A stretch of DNA of 64,000 bases, taken from positions 16,554,001 through 16,618,000 of the forward strand of contig JBHGNT010000005.1 in the NCBI GenBank assembly GCA_043228905.1, read 5' to 3'. Source of the stretch: Azolla caroliniana (Eukaryota > Plantae > Polypodiophyta). This document shows positions 28,282 to 40,443 of the stretch, one piece after another. The number at the start of each line of letters is the position of its first letter. The stretch's first letter is position 1. A model generated the notes under the pieces. The model worked only from the letters and a program-made list of their open reading frames with translations. It ran no database searches and was not told the DNA's origin. Both the position numbers and the translations under genes were made by a program.

Positions 28282-29085
28282 ATGAAGTTGGACGAGGAAT
28301 ATCTAATGAAGGCAATGTCAAAGATGATGATGGAGTTTTCAAGAGAAGGGAAAACACGACATGCGGCCCAACAAGCCGTCAAAAGCATGATCAAGCGAGT
28401 CGGGTTTTTTGATGGAGGCAAAGTCCAAAAATTTCTAAAGGCCTACAATGCCGAAATGGATTCAAGAGGAGTGGAGGAAGCAATGAGGCTGGAGTACTTT
28501 TGTCGAGTGGTGGCCGAACCGATCTTCGAAGAGATTAAAGAGATTCAAAAAACTCACGATTCGTGGGTGTCCTTCAAAGAAGCTTTACGAGAGTCATATG
28601 GTTACGAAGAGCAAAAGGGACGAGGTCTGTATGAGTTTCACGAATGGGTGTCATCGAGAAAGACCCACCAGAGTGCTATGCATGCATTCGTTGAGTTTGA
28701 GTATCGCTTCGCTCAACTCTCGGACTGGGATCGAAGATTGGTGGGGGTGAATAAAGTTCTGATGTTTGTAAAGTCAATCGATCGGAATGAAAGGAAGACC
28801 ATTGGAATCCAACTCGAGGATGACAATGGTGAAAATGGCCTCACTGAGGATTGGGCCAAAGTGGAAAGGGTATGCCGACAACACGATAAGAGGGAGATGA
28901 GACTCTCATCGACAACAACACGACCCACAAGGGATGTTCAAAGGAGAATGGGATGTGGCAATAAAAACCCACTGAAGGAAGAAAGCTCAAAGAGGGAAGC
29001 TTCGAAAGAACTCAACATAGAAGCCTTGATGAGAGAGGCAATAATGAACTTAAAGGCACAAGTCGAGGTTGAAGAGAAGTTGTAA
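28282..29085 (+). CDS. Gag (capsid)-like protein of element Y
   Basis: 267-aa ORF just after the PBS. FDGGKVQKFLKAYNAEM is homologous to FDGRNVTKFLDAYKREM of element Z gag. Confidence 0.75.
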   Translation: MKLDEEYLMKAMSKMMMEFSREGKTRHAAQQAVKSMIKRVGFFDGGKVQKFLKAYNAEMDSRGVEEAMRLEYFCRVVAEPIFEEIKEIQKTHDSWVSFKEALRESYGYEEQKGRGLYEFHEWVSSRKTHQSAMHAFVEFEYRFAQLSDWDRRLVGVNKVLMFVKSIDRNERKTIGIQLEDDNGENGLTEDWAKVERVCRQHDKREMRLSSTTTRPTRDVQRRMGCGNKNPLKEESSKREASKELNIEALMREAIMNLKAQVEVEEKL

Positions 29086-31930
29086 ACAAAACCGAGGAAA
29101 ATGGTGATCGACGAAGAGGAGACCTCCCAACAAATGCAGACTAATGGTGCGGCCAATACGAAGGCCCAGGTTTGGTATGACAGTACCATGGGGGAAGGTG
29201 TGAAACAAGCCACCTTCTCAACTTATGGAGGAACGACGGTCGAGAGAAGGGCCGAAGACTCAAGAGCGGGAAATGCTGCTTTAAGAGTGGACGAGCATTT
29301 CAGAACACATGCTGTGTCCGAAATATCGAGTAATGAAGGTGCAAGCATGAGGGAAGCTTGCGTGATCAAGGGATGTAAAGAGTGCGAGGTCGACGTGATT
29401 GAGGCGGTAGCCACGAGAAACGACATCAAGTCGCAGATGGCTAAGGAAGAGTTCACGGCGGATGACCGTGTCGAGACTTTCCCAACACTTGATCTAGAGA
29501 CTTGGGCAGTTGCGTCCGAGAGCCAACATGAGACCCAAGAGACGGAAAGTGTGGGGAAGAAAATATTGAAGACAATGCGAATAACAACATTGAGCGAAAG
29601 ATTGCTACGGATGAGAAGACGGTGACCGATGGTGTCGAGGTTCTCCCCACATTTCTTCCTGAGACTTCGGCAGTTGTGCCCGAGTGTCAACATGAGACCG
29701 GAGAGATGGAAGGTGATGGCAAGAAATCGAAGGACCAAAGTGGCAATGAGGACGATGACCACAGACGAAGGGATCCCTCCACACCGGTTCCGAAGACTTC
29801 GGCAGTTGTGCCCGAGAGCGAACATAAGACCGAAGAGATGGAAGGTGGCGGCGAGGAGATGAGGGTCGACGCCAGCGCATACAGAGGAATGGTGGCCAAC
29901 AAGGACGCCAAAAACAAAGCTACAATAGAGTTCGATGAAGAGCCAGATAGCGGCAAGAAAGGAAGAACCAGAATACAATCCGGATGGAAGATGACGCGGT
30001 TGGTATTCCGACCCGAACGGAAGCCGACCCGAACGAGAGTTGATCAAACGGGCCCGACCCAACCGAAAACCGGATGGAAACTGACCCGGACGAAAGTCGA
30101 TCGTCTGAGTCTGATTCGGCCGAATGTGAATCCGGAGGAAGGCCGACCAAGCCAGAAGCTGATTGGTCGAGACAGACAAAAGTTGAACCGGCCTAGGCGG
30201 AGGTCGAAGCAGACAAGTCGTGACACCCGGTTGAGGATAGTGAGCATAAGGAAAGGCAAGCATGAGACGAGAAATGATGATAAAGGAAAGTTAGGTGACC
30301 AAGGAGATGGTCGAGATGAAGGTGGCACATGCATGAGGCATGAAGCGTTATGCTCGGGAGGAGCAAAGGGAGCCATGACAACTAGACATGGCAATAAAAA
30401 AGGTGAGCGAATGATATGGTGGATCGGATGGCAACGACAGTTCGAAGTAGACGGCAAAAAGACGGTGCGGACGAGGTGCAAGAAAGGAGGAAATCAAACA
30501 CCAACCGCCTTTGACCCTTCCACATCACTCTTTTCTTCTTGGCACATACCGGAGGATGTGCGGTTTGGTGGGGGTGGATGTCGTGATGTGGCATGTCTAG
30601 TGCGAGAAAAAATCAAAAATTGAGGATCCACACACATTTCACGAATACTTGTAAAAATGAAAATAAATAAACCTAGGTCACAATGGCATTGAGTGCATGT
30701 AGAGGGTTGCAAGTAGGATTTGAACCTTGCACCTCTAAGATAAGAGGCAATTACCTTACCACTAAAGCTACTACTAAGTGCTTTAGATGTTCTATATTTC
30801 TTTCTCATATTCAGTATTCCGTAGGAAACAAACGAACAAAACCGTGTACACAAACCCACGGTTTTAAGCCCATAGTTTCCTGCATGTCACAAAGCAAAAC
30901 TGTGTGCACAAAAACCATGGCTCCAAGCCCATGGTTTTGTGCATGGACAAACCTATAAAACCCCTAGTACGGCTTGTGTATGGGGGGGGCTCAATATGAT
31001 ATGACCATCATCATCACCATCAATAATATAAGCTTCTATTTCTTCTTCTTCGCATCTATCTTGTAATTATTTATCTACTTCTGAAAGTGTACAATCTTCA
31101 ATCTTCTCAAGTGTAATAGGTCTTCCTCCAATCTTACATTCACATCGTCCTCTTCTCAATACCTTGATGGACATCCTCCTTGGTCCAAGACCCCGATGGT
31201 CCCGCTCAAGCGAAGCACGCTCGCACGCGCATCTTCGCGATTTTTTTATTTTTTTATTTTTTTTATTTTTTTTTAAGAAGACCGACGGCATCTGGCGGCG
31301 GCACCGGTATCCGGCGGCGGCACCGGTATCCAGCAGCGGCATCCGGCGACCGACGGCATCCGGCGGCGGCACTGGTATGCGGCGACGGCATCCGGTGAAC
31401 CGGCGTCCGGCGACTAAATAAAATAAATATATAAATATATATACATATTTACATATACAAGGAGGGCAAGTATGGATTCGAACCTTGCACCTCCAAGTTA
31501 GGAGTCAATTGGCTTACCATTAAGCCATGCTGTTTAGTTGAAATTATATTTCTATCATTGTACTTTTACATGTAAATTCTCATACATGAGAGCTAAAATG
31601 AGTGACATGGTTAGCATGCACCACATGTAATACTTAAGCGCCAAATGGCAAACATGCAATTTATGCATGTCTTGTACCCTCACATGCATCATATGCATGA
31701 GAGCATCTATAAAAGAGGGAAGGGGGAGGAGAAAAAACACGGTTTTTTTTGTATGAAAATTAAGAGGAAGAAATTCGTTATCAAATTGATCGTGTAATCT
31801 CAACTTCTCTCTTTCCCAATCTATCTTAAGTACTTTCTCGCCAAAGCTTGTATCGACTCTAAATCCTTCTGGTCCAGAACCCCGGCGGTTCCGCCTCACG
31901 ATCCGCGTGTAGTGACGGATCTTCACGACA

Positions 31931-32872
31931 CCGCCGTCAATACGGCTTTCCCTCGTTGGGACTGGGTCGTATTGATCGGTCGTGGCTCCCGGATGATTTC
32001 GAAGGTGGTATTGGGCTTCGTAGCTGCGGAGCCATCGCCTTCGGTCGGTGTCTCTGCCGCTGTGGGGACTTCTTTGACCAATCCCCGCCCATCTTTACTG
32101 TCCAATCTACATCGTTTTGGTTTGGGGCTATCCTGCCGTGTTTCGGTGTCTGGCTCTGGGCTACTTCCACGAAACGTGCCGGTTGTTCCTCCTACGTTGT
32201 CCATGTGTCTAGCTGGGTGGTAGGTGTTGTCCGCGTGTCTAGTTGGGCGGGTTGGGGTTCCTCTTCCCACTCTCGGGCCGCTAACTCCGCTAACTTGCGC
32301 TTCGCGGATCGGGGCGGGGGCGTGGGTCGGCTGGGTTGTGGTGCCGACAGGCCTCAGGGTGGGAATAGTACCGTAAGGTACTGTTGTATGATCGGCCTGA
32401 GCTTTTTGCCTGCCTGATACGCATGCAAGCCTTCCCTTAACCCCGGCCCTGTGATGACCCCCCAATCGACCGCACGCCCTTCAAAGGTATCGATAATGAT
32501 GCCCGCCTTCTGCTTGGGCATCCCATATGCGTTGACATGTACGTAGCCGACCTCTAATAGGAACTTGGCAACTTCACGGAAGAAGGGATCCGAGATCTAC
32601 TTCGTTCTATAGGCCTTGGCGGAGGAGGAATATGGGCCGAAATATCGCTGCAACGGCTCTGCAGGAGGGATTTCGAAATGCCTTTCGCCTAGCGATGACA
32701 GGTCCAACTTTTTCCGGATGGAAGAGTTGGTGACCGTGTCGATGTTAAGCTTCCTGGCAATGTCCATGGCATCCGGGTGTGGGGGTGCCTCTGCGACCCG
32801 GATGTACCCATCTAGGCGTTTCTCCACGAGCCATCGGCGTAAGGCAGTAGAGATGAAGATCAGCATCGCCAT
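31931..32872 (-). pseudogene. N-terminal part of the extra ORF of element G (degenerate)
   Basis: Frames 32597-32872 and 31923-32465. VLTA continues as GSEVLAY at 25078 once element X is removed. Confidence 0.6.
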
Positions 32873-35231
32873 AGTAGGTTCGTGGGAAGGAGACTGGTGG
32901 TTGCAGTGGGCTGGAGCTCTGTGATAGGATGGAGGAGAAGGTGAGGGGGAGGAGCGATGGAAGCGTTGATAGTAGAAGGTGGGTTTCTGTTTTGTGCAGA
33001 AAATCTTCTATTTCCTTCTTTTTGTGGCTTAGGGTTCATTGGGCAGTGAGCCATCGTGGTGCCGCGTGTTCTTGAACTAGGAATCTGTGCATGCATTTAG
33101 TCCTTTTAATAGTCGTTATCTTCTCTTTTTTTCTCCTTTTTTTTTTCGTAACGGTTATATACAGCCTATTTTTACATTATGGTACAAGTGGGGCAGTCCA
33201 TTTACGCCACAGGTTCTCCGGCTCTGTCCTGTTTGGCGGTGAATGGGTTAGGTGGCGTAGATCCCAGGTAAGGTTTAAGGCGAAACCCATTCACCTTTTG
33301 CCATACTACTTCCCCGACCAGCATACCTAGTGGGAACGTGCCTTGTTCCGCTCCAATTATCCAGTATGGGCCGGTCTAGCGGAATCGTAACTTCCCTGGC
33401 ATATGGCCCATGGGGGTTTGGAAAACCAGCATCGCTCGACCAACGGCGAACTCCTTTTCCCTTACGTTCTGATGTCAATCCACAAACGCTTTACGTCGTC
33501 GTTGTTCCTGCTCCAACACAGCCATGTTGTGTACGCGTTTTTCCCTGAGTTTGAGTAGCTCGTGGAGTCGTACCTCCTCCGACTTGGCTTCCGATAGTCG
33601 GTCCCGTACCTGAATCCGCAAATTGGGTACCTGAAATTCGATCGGCATCACAGCCTCCAGCCCAAACGCTAGTCGAAACGATGTTGACTGTATGCTTGTT
33701 TTGTAGCTGGTTCTGTACACCCATAACGCACTCCATAATTTGGTAGCCCAGTCCATTCTATTTTCATTGATGATTTTCTTCAAGATGTTCTACAACGTCT
33801 TGTTGGTGGATTTAGCTAACCCATTCACCTGTGGATAATATGGCGTACTCTTCTTATGGACTACGGCGTAATGATGTGTTAGTTCCCGAACCACCATATT
33901 GAGAAAGTGGCTCCCTTGGTCACTGATGAGCTCAATCGGACAGTCGAACTGGCACTAGATGTGCTCGTAAAGGAATCTGGTTGTGACGACCGCCGTATTT
34001 TCTCGTAGTGCCTTTGCTTCTACCCACTTGGTGCAATAATCCGTAGCTACCAATATGAGTGTGTAGTGCGATCATCGTGTTTCTCTGGTCCGGCCTTAAT
34101 TCCTTTGCGATGGAGAGGAAACGGGGTTCCGACTCTATACCCACATTTACTTCTTCCAGGGCGGAGGCGGTGACTCGTCGTGAAATTTCCATTTCCCTTT
34201 CGAATGCCGCTCGTGCTCTGCTGAGTTCCAATATGGACTCTGGGTTTGATTCGTAAGCCTCGTCGTGGAGAATAGTGGTCGTGGAATATTCTGCAGCAGT
34301 TGCGATGACGTCGATTTCGAACAGCGGAATGATCTGAGGGTGCTCATCTAGGTATGCCTCTAATTCTGCATCCTCCACCCCAGCCAGCATATTTATATCT
34401 TCTGCGTATAATGGTGTTATACCCTTGGGTTGTGGCGTACTTCCTTCCGTAGGTACGCGAACCTTAGTGTGTCCGTGTCGGAAACTGGTACACTTGTGTT
34501 GCCAACTCTGCTTGATATTTGCTACCCAGAAGCACTGGGTACGCCCCTGGGGCGTCCAAGGCGAGGACGACCGCCGAGATGTTGAAGCAATGTCTGCCCA
34601 CGATAATGCCTATCTTGCGAATTAACCCCAATGGTTGTACTGAGCGGGTATTTACCATTCGGAGCCAGAATGGGCAAGCCTCCCATTCTGAAATGCCTAA
34701 TTGCTCGCAAGTTTTCACGCTAATTACATTGACGCCTGAGCCGCCATCGATTACGCATCCAGGAATTTCCTGTCCGTGTAATATTAATGTAATAGCCGGG
34801 CTGTGGTGATCCACTACAGGCGGGTCGTCGCTAACGTCTGTAAGGTTTGTAGCGACACTCACCCCGGGTATGCCCGTCACCCGTTCTTCCATGGTCTGAC
34901 GGAAGCGTGGGACTAGCTGCAGTAGTTTCTCCATGGTTAACGTTATCTCGCAGCCCGCTAATGCCTGCCAAATGGTGTCTGGGACCGGTCCTTCGTCCTC
35001 TGCTCGCTCCCTCGCATTCGCGGACTGCTTCCGCATGCGCTCTGTATTGGTCGTGTTTGCTTTTTCCACCCATGCCTGGGCTTGTCGTCGTATCTCATCT
35101 TGCGCAGCCCAATCAGCCGTTTTTGTTTACTGGCGTGTCGTGACTTGCTGCACTTCCGCCGTAATCATATTGATAACGGGCCCCTTGCCCTTGCATGCTG
35201 GGCATTGCGTGGCATAATGTCCGGGCTGCTG

Positions 35232-36317
35232 AAAAATAAAAGAATGGATGCTTGATTCGCCCTTCTCGGCTCCTAGTGGTGTGTGTCGATCCCCTGGTGC
35301 AACTTGCTCCTCACGCTCTAGCCTTGTTTGTCGGAACGCACGCGGTGGTTGTTGTTGGTCCCGTCGTGGTTCTTGGTGTCCCTTTGATTCATCTCCCTCT
35401 TATATGCATCAAGGAACTTCGTAACGTTCCTTCCATCGAATTGGCCCTCGAGCTCTACGACACGATCGACAGCCTTCTCCACGCTTGCGTCGTTGTCCCG
35501 AGATCTCATCATTTGCTCGACGATTAGCATCATCCTTTCGAGCTCTCCTGCTTGGTTGCTTGAGGACGCCATCTCCAAGTATTAATCTCGACTTGATCCT
35601 TCCTACCGCCTCTTTCACCTCGGGTTCACCACTTTATTATGTCGTGAAGATCCGTCACTACGCGCGGATCGTGAGGCGGAACCGCCGGGGTTCTGGACCA
35701 GAAGGATTTAGAGTCGATACAAGCTTTGGCGAGAAAGTACTTAAGATAGATTGGGAAAGAGAGAAGATGAGATTACACGATTGATTTGATAACGAATTTC
35801 TTCTTCTTAATTTTCATAAAAAAAAACCATGTTTTTCTCCTCCCCCTTCCTTCTTTTATAAATGCTCTCATGCATATGATGCATGTGAGGGTACAAGACA
35901 TGCATAAATTGCATGTTTGCCATTTGGCGCTTAAGTATTACATGTGGTGCATGCTAACCATGTCACTCATTTTAGCACTCATGGATGAGAATTTACATGT
36001 AAAAGTACAATGATAGAAATATAATTTCAACTAAATACTATGGCTTAATGGTAAGTCATTTGACTCCTAACTTGGCTTATTTGTCGTGCCTATGTGGGAT
36101 ATCTCACAATTTTCTCTTTTCTTTTCACAAACTTTATACCCTCATATCTTGACATTTAGTTGTCCATTTCTCGTGTAATAAAGTGCATTCGAAACCTCAA
36201 TCATTTTGTACTTAGATATTAAAAATGTTATCTTCACAATTATTGTATTAGATGATTCATACTCGATTTTGTACGTTTTATGGGATTTTCACACTATTGC
36301 CGAAAATCTTCACGACA
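35232..36317 (-). mobile_element. Truncated X-family element Z (5' LTR 35640-36317, PBS, gag start)
   Basis: The LTR is the reverse complement of the X LTR with an internal deletion of roughly 0.7 kb at ~36075. PBS TGGTGAACCCGA lies 8 nt inside. Gag N-terminus 35318-35578. No 3' LTR. Confidence 0.88.
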
Positions 36318-37013
36318 GCGTTGCCCGTATGGGTCGGCGTAATGCTGCCAGAAATGTCTCTCAAGCCTCGTCCTCCACGGGGCTGCGTTCTAGTTTCCGC
36401 CATAAATTTTGGAAATGTAAGCTGAAGTCTGCGATCGTCTCGGTCGGCAGTTGCTTAATCGTGTAGAACTGTCCAAGGATTTCGCATTGTGGAACCCTTC
36501 GATGGAAGAACCACAAGAAAGCGGACTGCAGCTGATCGAAGGTTGTGATGGCTGGTAAATCCATCTGTGAATGCCAAAACGTCGCGCGCCCATCCAATGT
36601 TAACCCGAACTCCGTCATTTTTTACTGGTGCGCTACTGCCTCCGAAAGGCTCTGCGCCATGTGGTTCGCAATCCAAACATTAAGGAACATGCGAATATGG
36701 GTTGCGGCGTCGGTTTCACCGTTAAAGCGGGGATAGGCAATGGCCATGTTGGGGGCTACGATGGGTCTGGAAAGACCACAGGGTGGCTGAGGTGAGCGTG
36801 CTCCCTGCGTATCGTCGGGGTATTTGGAGAGCGAAGAATCACCTTTGTAATCACGGCAGGTAGTACTGAGGTCGCTGAGGCGAGGCTTTTGTCGTGCGCG
36901 TTCCTTTGCCTGGCGTGTGACGGACCTTGTGATTGGTCGGTCTTGTCATGTTGGTTCTCTAGGGCGTCTGCGGCTAAACATCCATTCGTCGTTGTTCGTA
37001 TGTGAGAAGTCAC

Positions 37014-37031
37014 GTCCGACCATGCGTGCCA
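37014..37031 (-). promoter_or_regulatory. PBS of element G, tRNA-Arg type (TGGCACGCATGGTCGGAC)
   Basis: Lies 4 nt inside the 5' LTR. Resembles the complement of the plant tRNA-Arg(UCU) 3' end as I recall it (TGGCACGCCCGGTGGGAC). Confidence 0.8.
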
Positions 37032-39952
37032 AATGTGTTACCGATTAGGAACACAATCTGCGGTCAGTCCTTCGACCTAGACCTCCAAGTGATTGTGAAA
37101 CGACGAATGGTGGTGTCTATGCATAATGCATAGGGGAATGTTCCCCGTAACCTATCAGCGTATAAGGGAGACGGCTACAACCGACTCCTTATCAGTGGTC
37201 ACACTCACGTTCTTACACGCTCAGGTATTCCAGACACACAGTAGATTAGCCATAGCTATACACAAACTTTCAGAGAAGATAGAATTCTATTATGATACGC
37301 TTCTTTACATTCCAAAATACACGCTCCCTCTATCAGAGGTTTTCTGCCCTTTATAGACACAGGGTCTATTTAGCCGTTCACGCTTCCTGCGTGAACCGTT
37401 ACATGCATTATGATCTTATATTATTTCTTATTCCTTCGCTCTTGTCCGTCGGTTACTATTCCAACGGACAACAGGCGGCAGTGGGCACTAATGGACCAAC
37501 TTCGTCAAGGTTTGCGCAATGACGTGAAGGGTTTACTTCTTACCTTCCCTGATAATCTGAAATTTGTTACTAAAATAATAAGTTGGGTTGTGCGCTGTGA
37601 CAATCGCTTATTTGAGCAAAATTGTGAACGCCAACAAATGTTATGTTTCATATTAGAAAAAACATATGCCTCGGTGGTCGCAACTCCACCACAAGTGTCA
37701 AAGCCCAGTTTGATGGAAGGCCCCACGCTAATGGAAATTGAGACAACACGACATCGAGGACCATTATTGGATGCTGAAAAGCAACAACGTCGAGCGAATC
37801 GTCTATGCCTATATTGTGGCGGTCCAGGATATATAGTTGTGAATTGTCCACATAAACCAAGATGACAAGTTAACCAAGTAAGTGCCCATGAAAACCCCAT
37901 TTCAATTTCTGCCTCGCCTTCTCATAGCCTAAGTAGGCCTAGTAGCCCCTGTTATAAAAATACATTTGATATCTTGAGCCAATTCAAAGATGGGTTAAAC
38001 GAGTAAGTCTGGCCAAAATAGGAGCCATTTGGTTAGATAATCCTAGGGGCATATAACATTCATCCCTAGTAGTGGTTCCATTGCATCAGGTCAAGTTAGT
38101 CGAGTTTTCTCCACATAGCTTGAACTTACCACATCTAGGTGCCATCTCTTAGATTCTGGAGCCAACTCCTGTTTCATGGATCATGACTTCGCTATAATGC
38201 ATAGTATCAAGTTGCATAAGCTCCCAAACCTAGTGTCTATTGGAGTCATTGATGGATGCCCCATAGCATCAGGTGATATAGTTGAAGAGTCTAAACCAAT
38301 TCATGCAGTTCTAGGTAATTTGACCAGTGTCATCTCATTCAACATCATTAGTAGTTCAGAGCACTCCCTACTTGGTCTTCCATGGTTTGAGCTACATAAC
38401 CCAACTATTGATTGGAGAAAAAGAACTATTGAAAAGGTCATGGTATATAGTTCGAGTCTCTTAAAACTCCAACAAGGGATTTGGGATTCCACAAGATTTC
38501 AACAATCTCTATACATCAATTACATGAGGAAGGAAGGAAGACATGTTTGTGTTCGCAGTTTTAGCAACTCCCTCATCTAGCTCACAAGAATTGAGGGTCC
38601 AACTACCAAAGAAGTATACAGAATTCTCCAATGTGTTCGATAAGGTGAAGGCCAATAGACTACCAAAGCATTGACCATATGATTGCCCGATTGATTTGCA
38701 ACCAGGAAAAGAGCCTCCATGGGGACCAATTTATAACTTTGCGCCCACAGATTTAGAGGTTCTTCAAGAATATATCGATGAGAACCTGGCAAATGGTTTT
38801 ATACCACATTCAAGATCTCATGTTGGCACACTCGTTTTTTTCATTAAGAAGAAAGATGGTTCGCTTCGTATGGTCGTGGATTATCCAGGATTGAATAAAG
38901 TGACTATTCAAAACTAATATGCTCTACCATTGATCTCAAGCCTTCTTGAACGCCTCAACGGAGCAAAATATTTCACGAAGTTAGATCTTCAAGGTGCCTA
39001 CAACCTTGTTCGAATTCATCCTAGGGATGAATGGAAGACTGCTTTCCGCACTCGATGTGGCCATTTTGAGTATACAATGATGCCATTTGATCTCACAAAT
39101 GCACCAGCAGTTTTTCAACATATGGCAAATGACATTTTTTGTGACTTCCTTGATATCTTCGTCATAATTTACCTGAGTGATATCTTGATCTACTAAAAAA
39201 CTCAAGAGGCTCATGATATACATGTTTGCCAAGCTTCACAACGGTTGTAGAATATGGTCTCCATGCAAAATTGGAAAAGTGTAGTTTTGACCAGTGTCAA
39301 GTAGAATTTTTGTGGTACATAGTCTCTTCAAATGGCATCTCTATGGATCTAGCAAAGGTTCAAATAGTCTTGGATTGGCAAACACCACAGTTTGTGCGAA
39401 AATTACAATGTTTTTTGGGGTTCACAAACTTTTATCGCAAGTTCATCAAAGATTATTCAAAGTTCATATTTCCCCTCACTTAACTGATGCAAAAGAATCG
39501 ACCATTTGTATGGAGTACAAATGCAAACTCTGCATTTGAGGGTTTATAACAATCATTTACATTTGCACTAATTTTGATGCATGTTGATCCAATGAAGCGC
39601 TTTATACTCGAAGCTAATGCATCCGACTTTGCATTAGGAAGCGTACTATCCTAGATTTGTGTGGCCAACTACACCTTGTGGCTTTTCACTCACGAAAATT
39701 TGAAGCAGCAAAAATCAACAATGAGATTCATGACAAAGAGCTTCTTGCCATTATGGATTCTTTTCAACAATGGCATCAATTTTTGGAGGGTTCTTTTGAA
39801 CAAATTATCGTCTACAATGATCACAAAAAACTAACATACTTCCAAAGTGTTGGAGTCTTGAGTTGTCGACAAACTCGTTGCCCGTGCAGTTCTTAACTTG
39901 TTTTGATTTCGTAATTCTATATCGCCCTTGGATGCAACAAGGAAAAGCATAT

Positions 39953-40443
39953 TGTTGTTGGTTTAGGGTTAGGGATGATGATCATTGATAGTGATAATAA
40001 TGAGATGGAAATGGTGATGGCATTGAGAATCATTGCAGGATGTGTTAGGATGATGTTGAGAAGCATTGTGGGGTGGGGGGTGGTGCCTAGAATGGCTCCA
40101 CCCCCCTCCCAAGGGGGTTCAACATGAGAGAGAGAGAGAGAGAGAGAGATGACAAGAGAGAGAAGTTGAGACTCGAGAGAGAGCTTATTCCATGTTTCAT
40201 TCATTCCCCATAAGGGGGTTAAATAGTTACAAAAGGGGTAGATACATAGTGGTGCAAGCCCCCTTAGCCATTCACACTAATCACTCACTCACACCTCTTC
40301 TTATTTTTCCACATGTGCATGTGTTACATACGTATCTACTCACACTCACAATTACACTTATAATCGTAATCATTACACATACATACAACAACATTAAGTT
40401 TCTTCACCCTCACTCAACTCTCTGAACATCTCGTACGGTAACA
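39953..40443. mobile_element. Solo LTR in pol of chromovirus F
   Basis: TGTT...AACA ends and 5-bp TSD CATAT. Removing it restores the host GKA-YT-LSRR motif. Confidence 0.85.

Larger units (their letters stand above)
27580..31240 (+). mobile_element. Non-autonomous gag-only LTR element Y (TR-GAG-like), nested in X
   Basis: LTRs 27580-28241 and 30579-31240 differ by about 4 substitutions. tRNA-Trp-type PBS TGGTGAACCCGAC at ~28249, PPT GGTGGGGGTGGA, no pol domains. Confidence 0.9.
25083..31930 (+). mobile_element. Ty3/gypsy-type element X, internally deleted, long LTR
   Basis: 5' LTR 25083-26435 with 12-bp terminal inverted repeat TGTCGTGAAGAT...ATCTTCACGACA. The 3' LTR survives only as ~31281-31930. 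Gag/protease remnant 26443-27579 (HWARATTE...ALIDHGSEINLMS). 4-bp TSD CTGC/CCGC. Confidence 0.88.
22215..37473 (-). mobile_element. Non-chromoviral Ty3/gypsy element G (Athila/Tat-like), RT/RH deleted, with 3' extra ORF
   Basis: Direct LTRs 22215-22652 and 37036-37473, TSD GGCGG. Minus-strand gag 36361-36750, zinc knuckle ~35200-35230, protease (VIDGGSGVNVIS) 34464-35069, integrase core/C-term 33300-34057. TATATAAAGGG on the minus strand of the LTR. Confidence 0.92.

Noticed and set aside
29223-30623. 333-346 aa overlapping ORFs in Y
   Set aside because: Low-complexity, internally duplicated sequence with no pol motifs; the ORFs run into the PPT/LTR or lie antisense.
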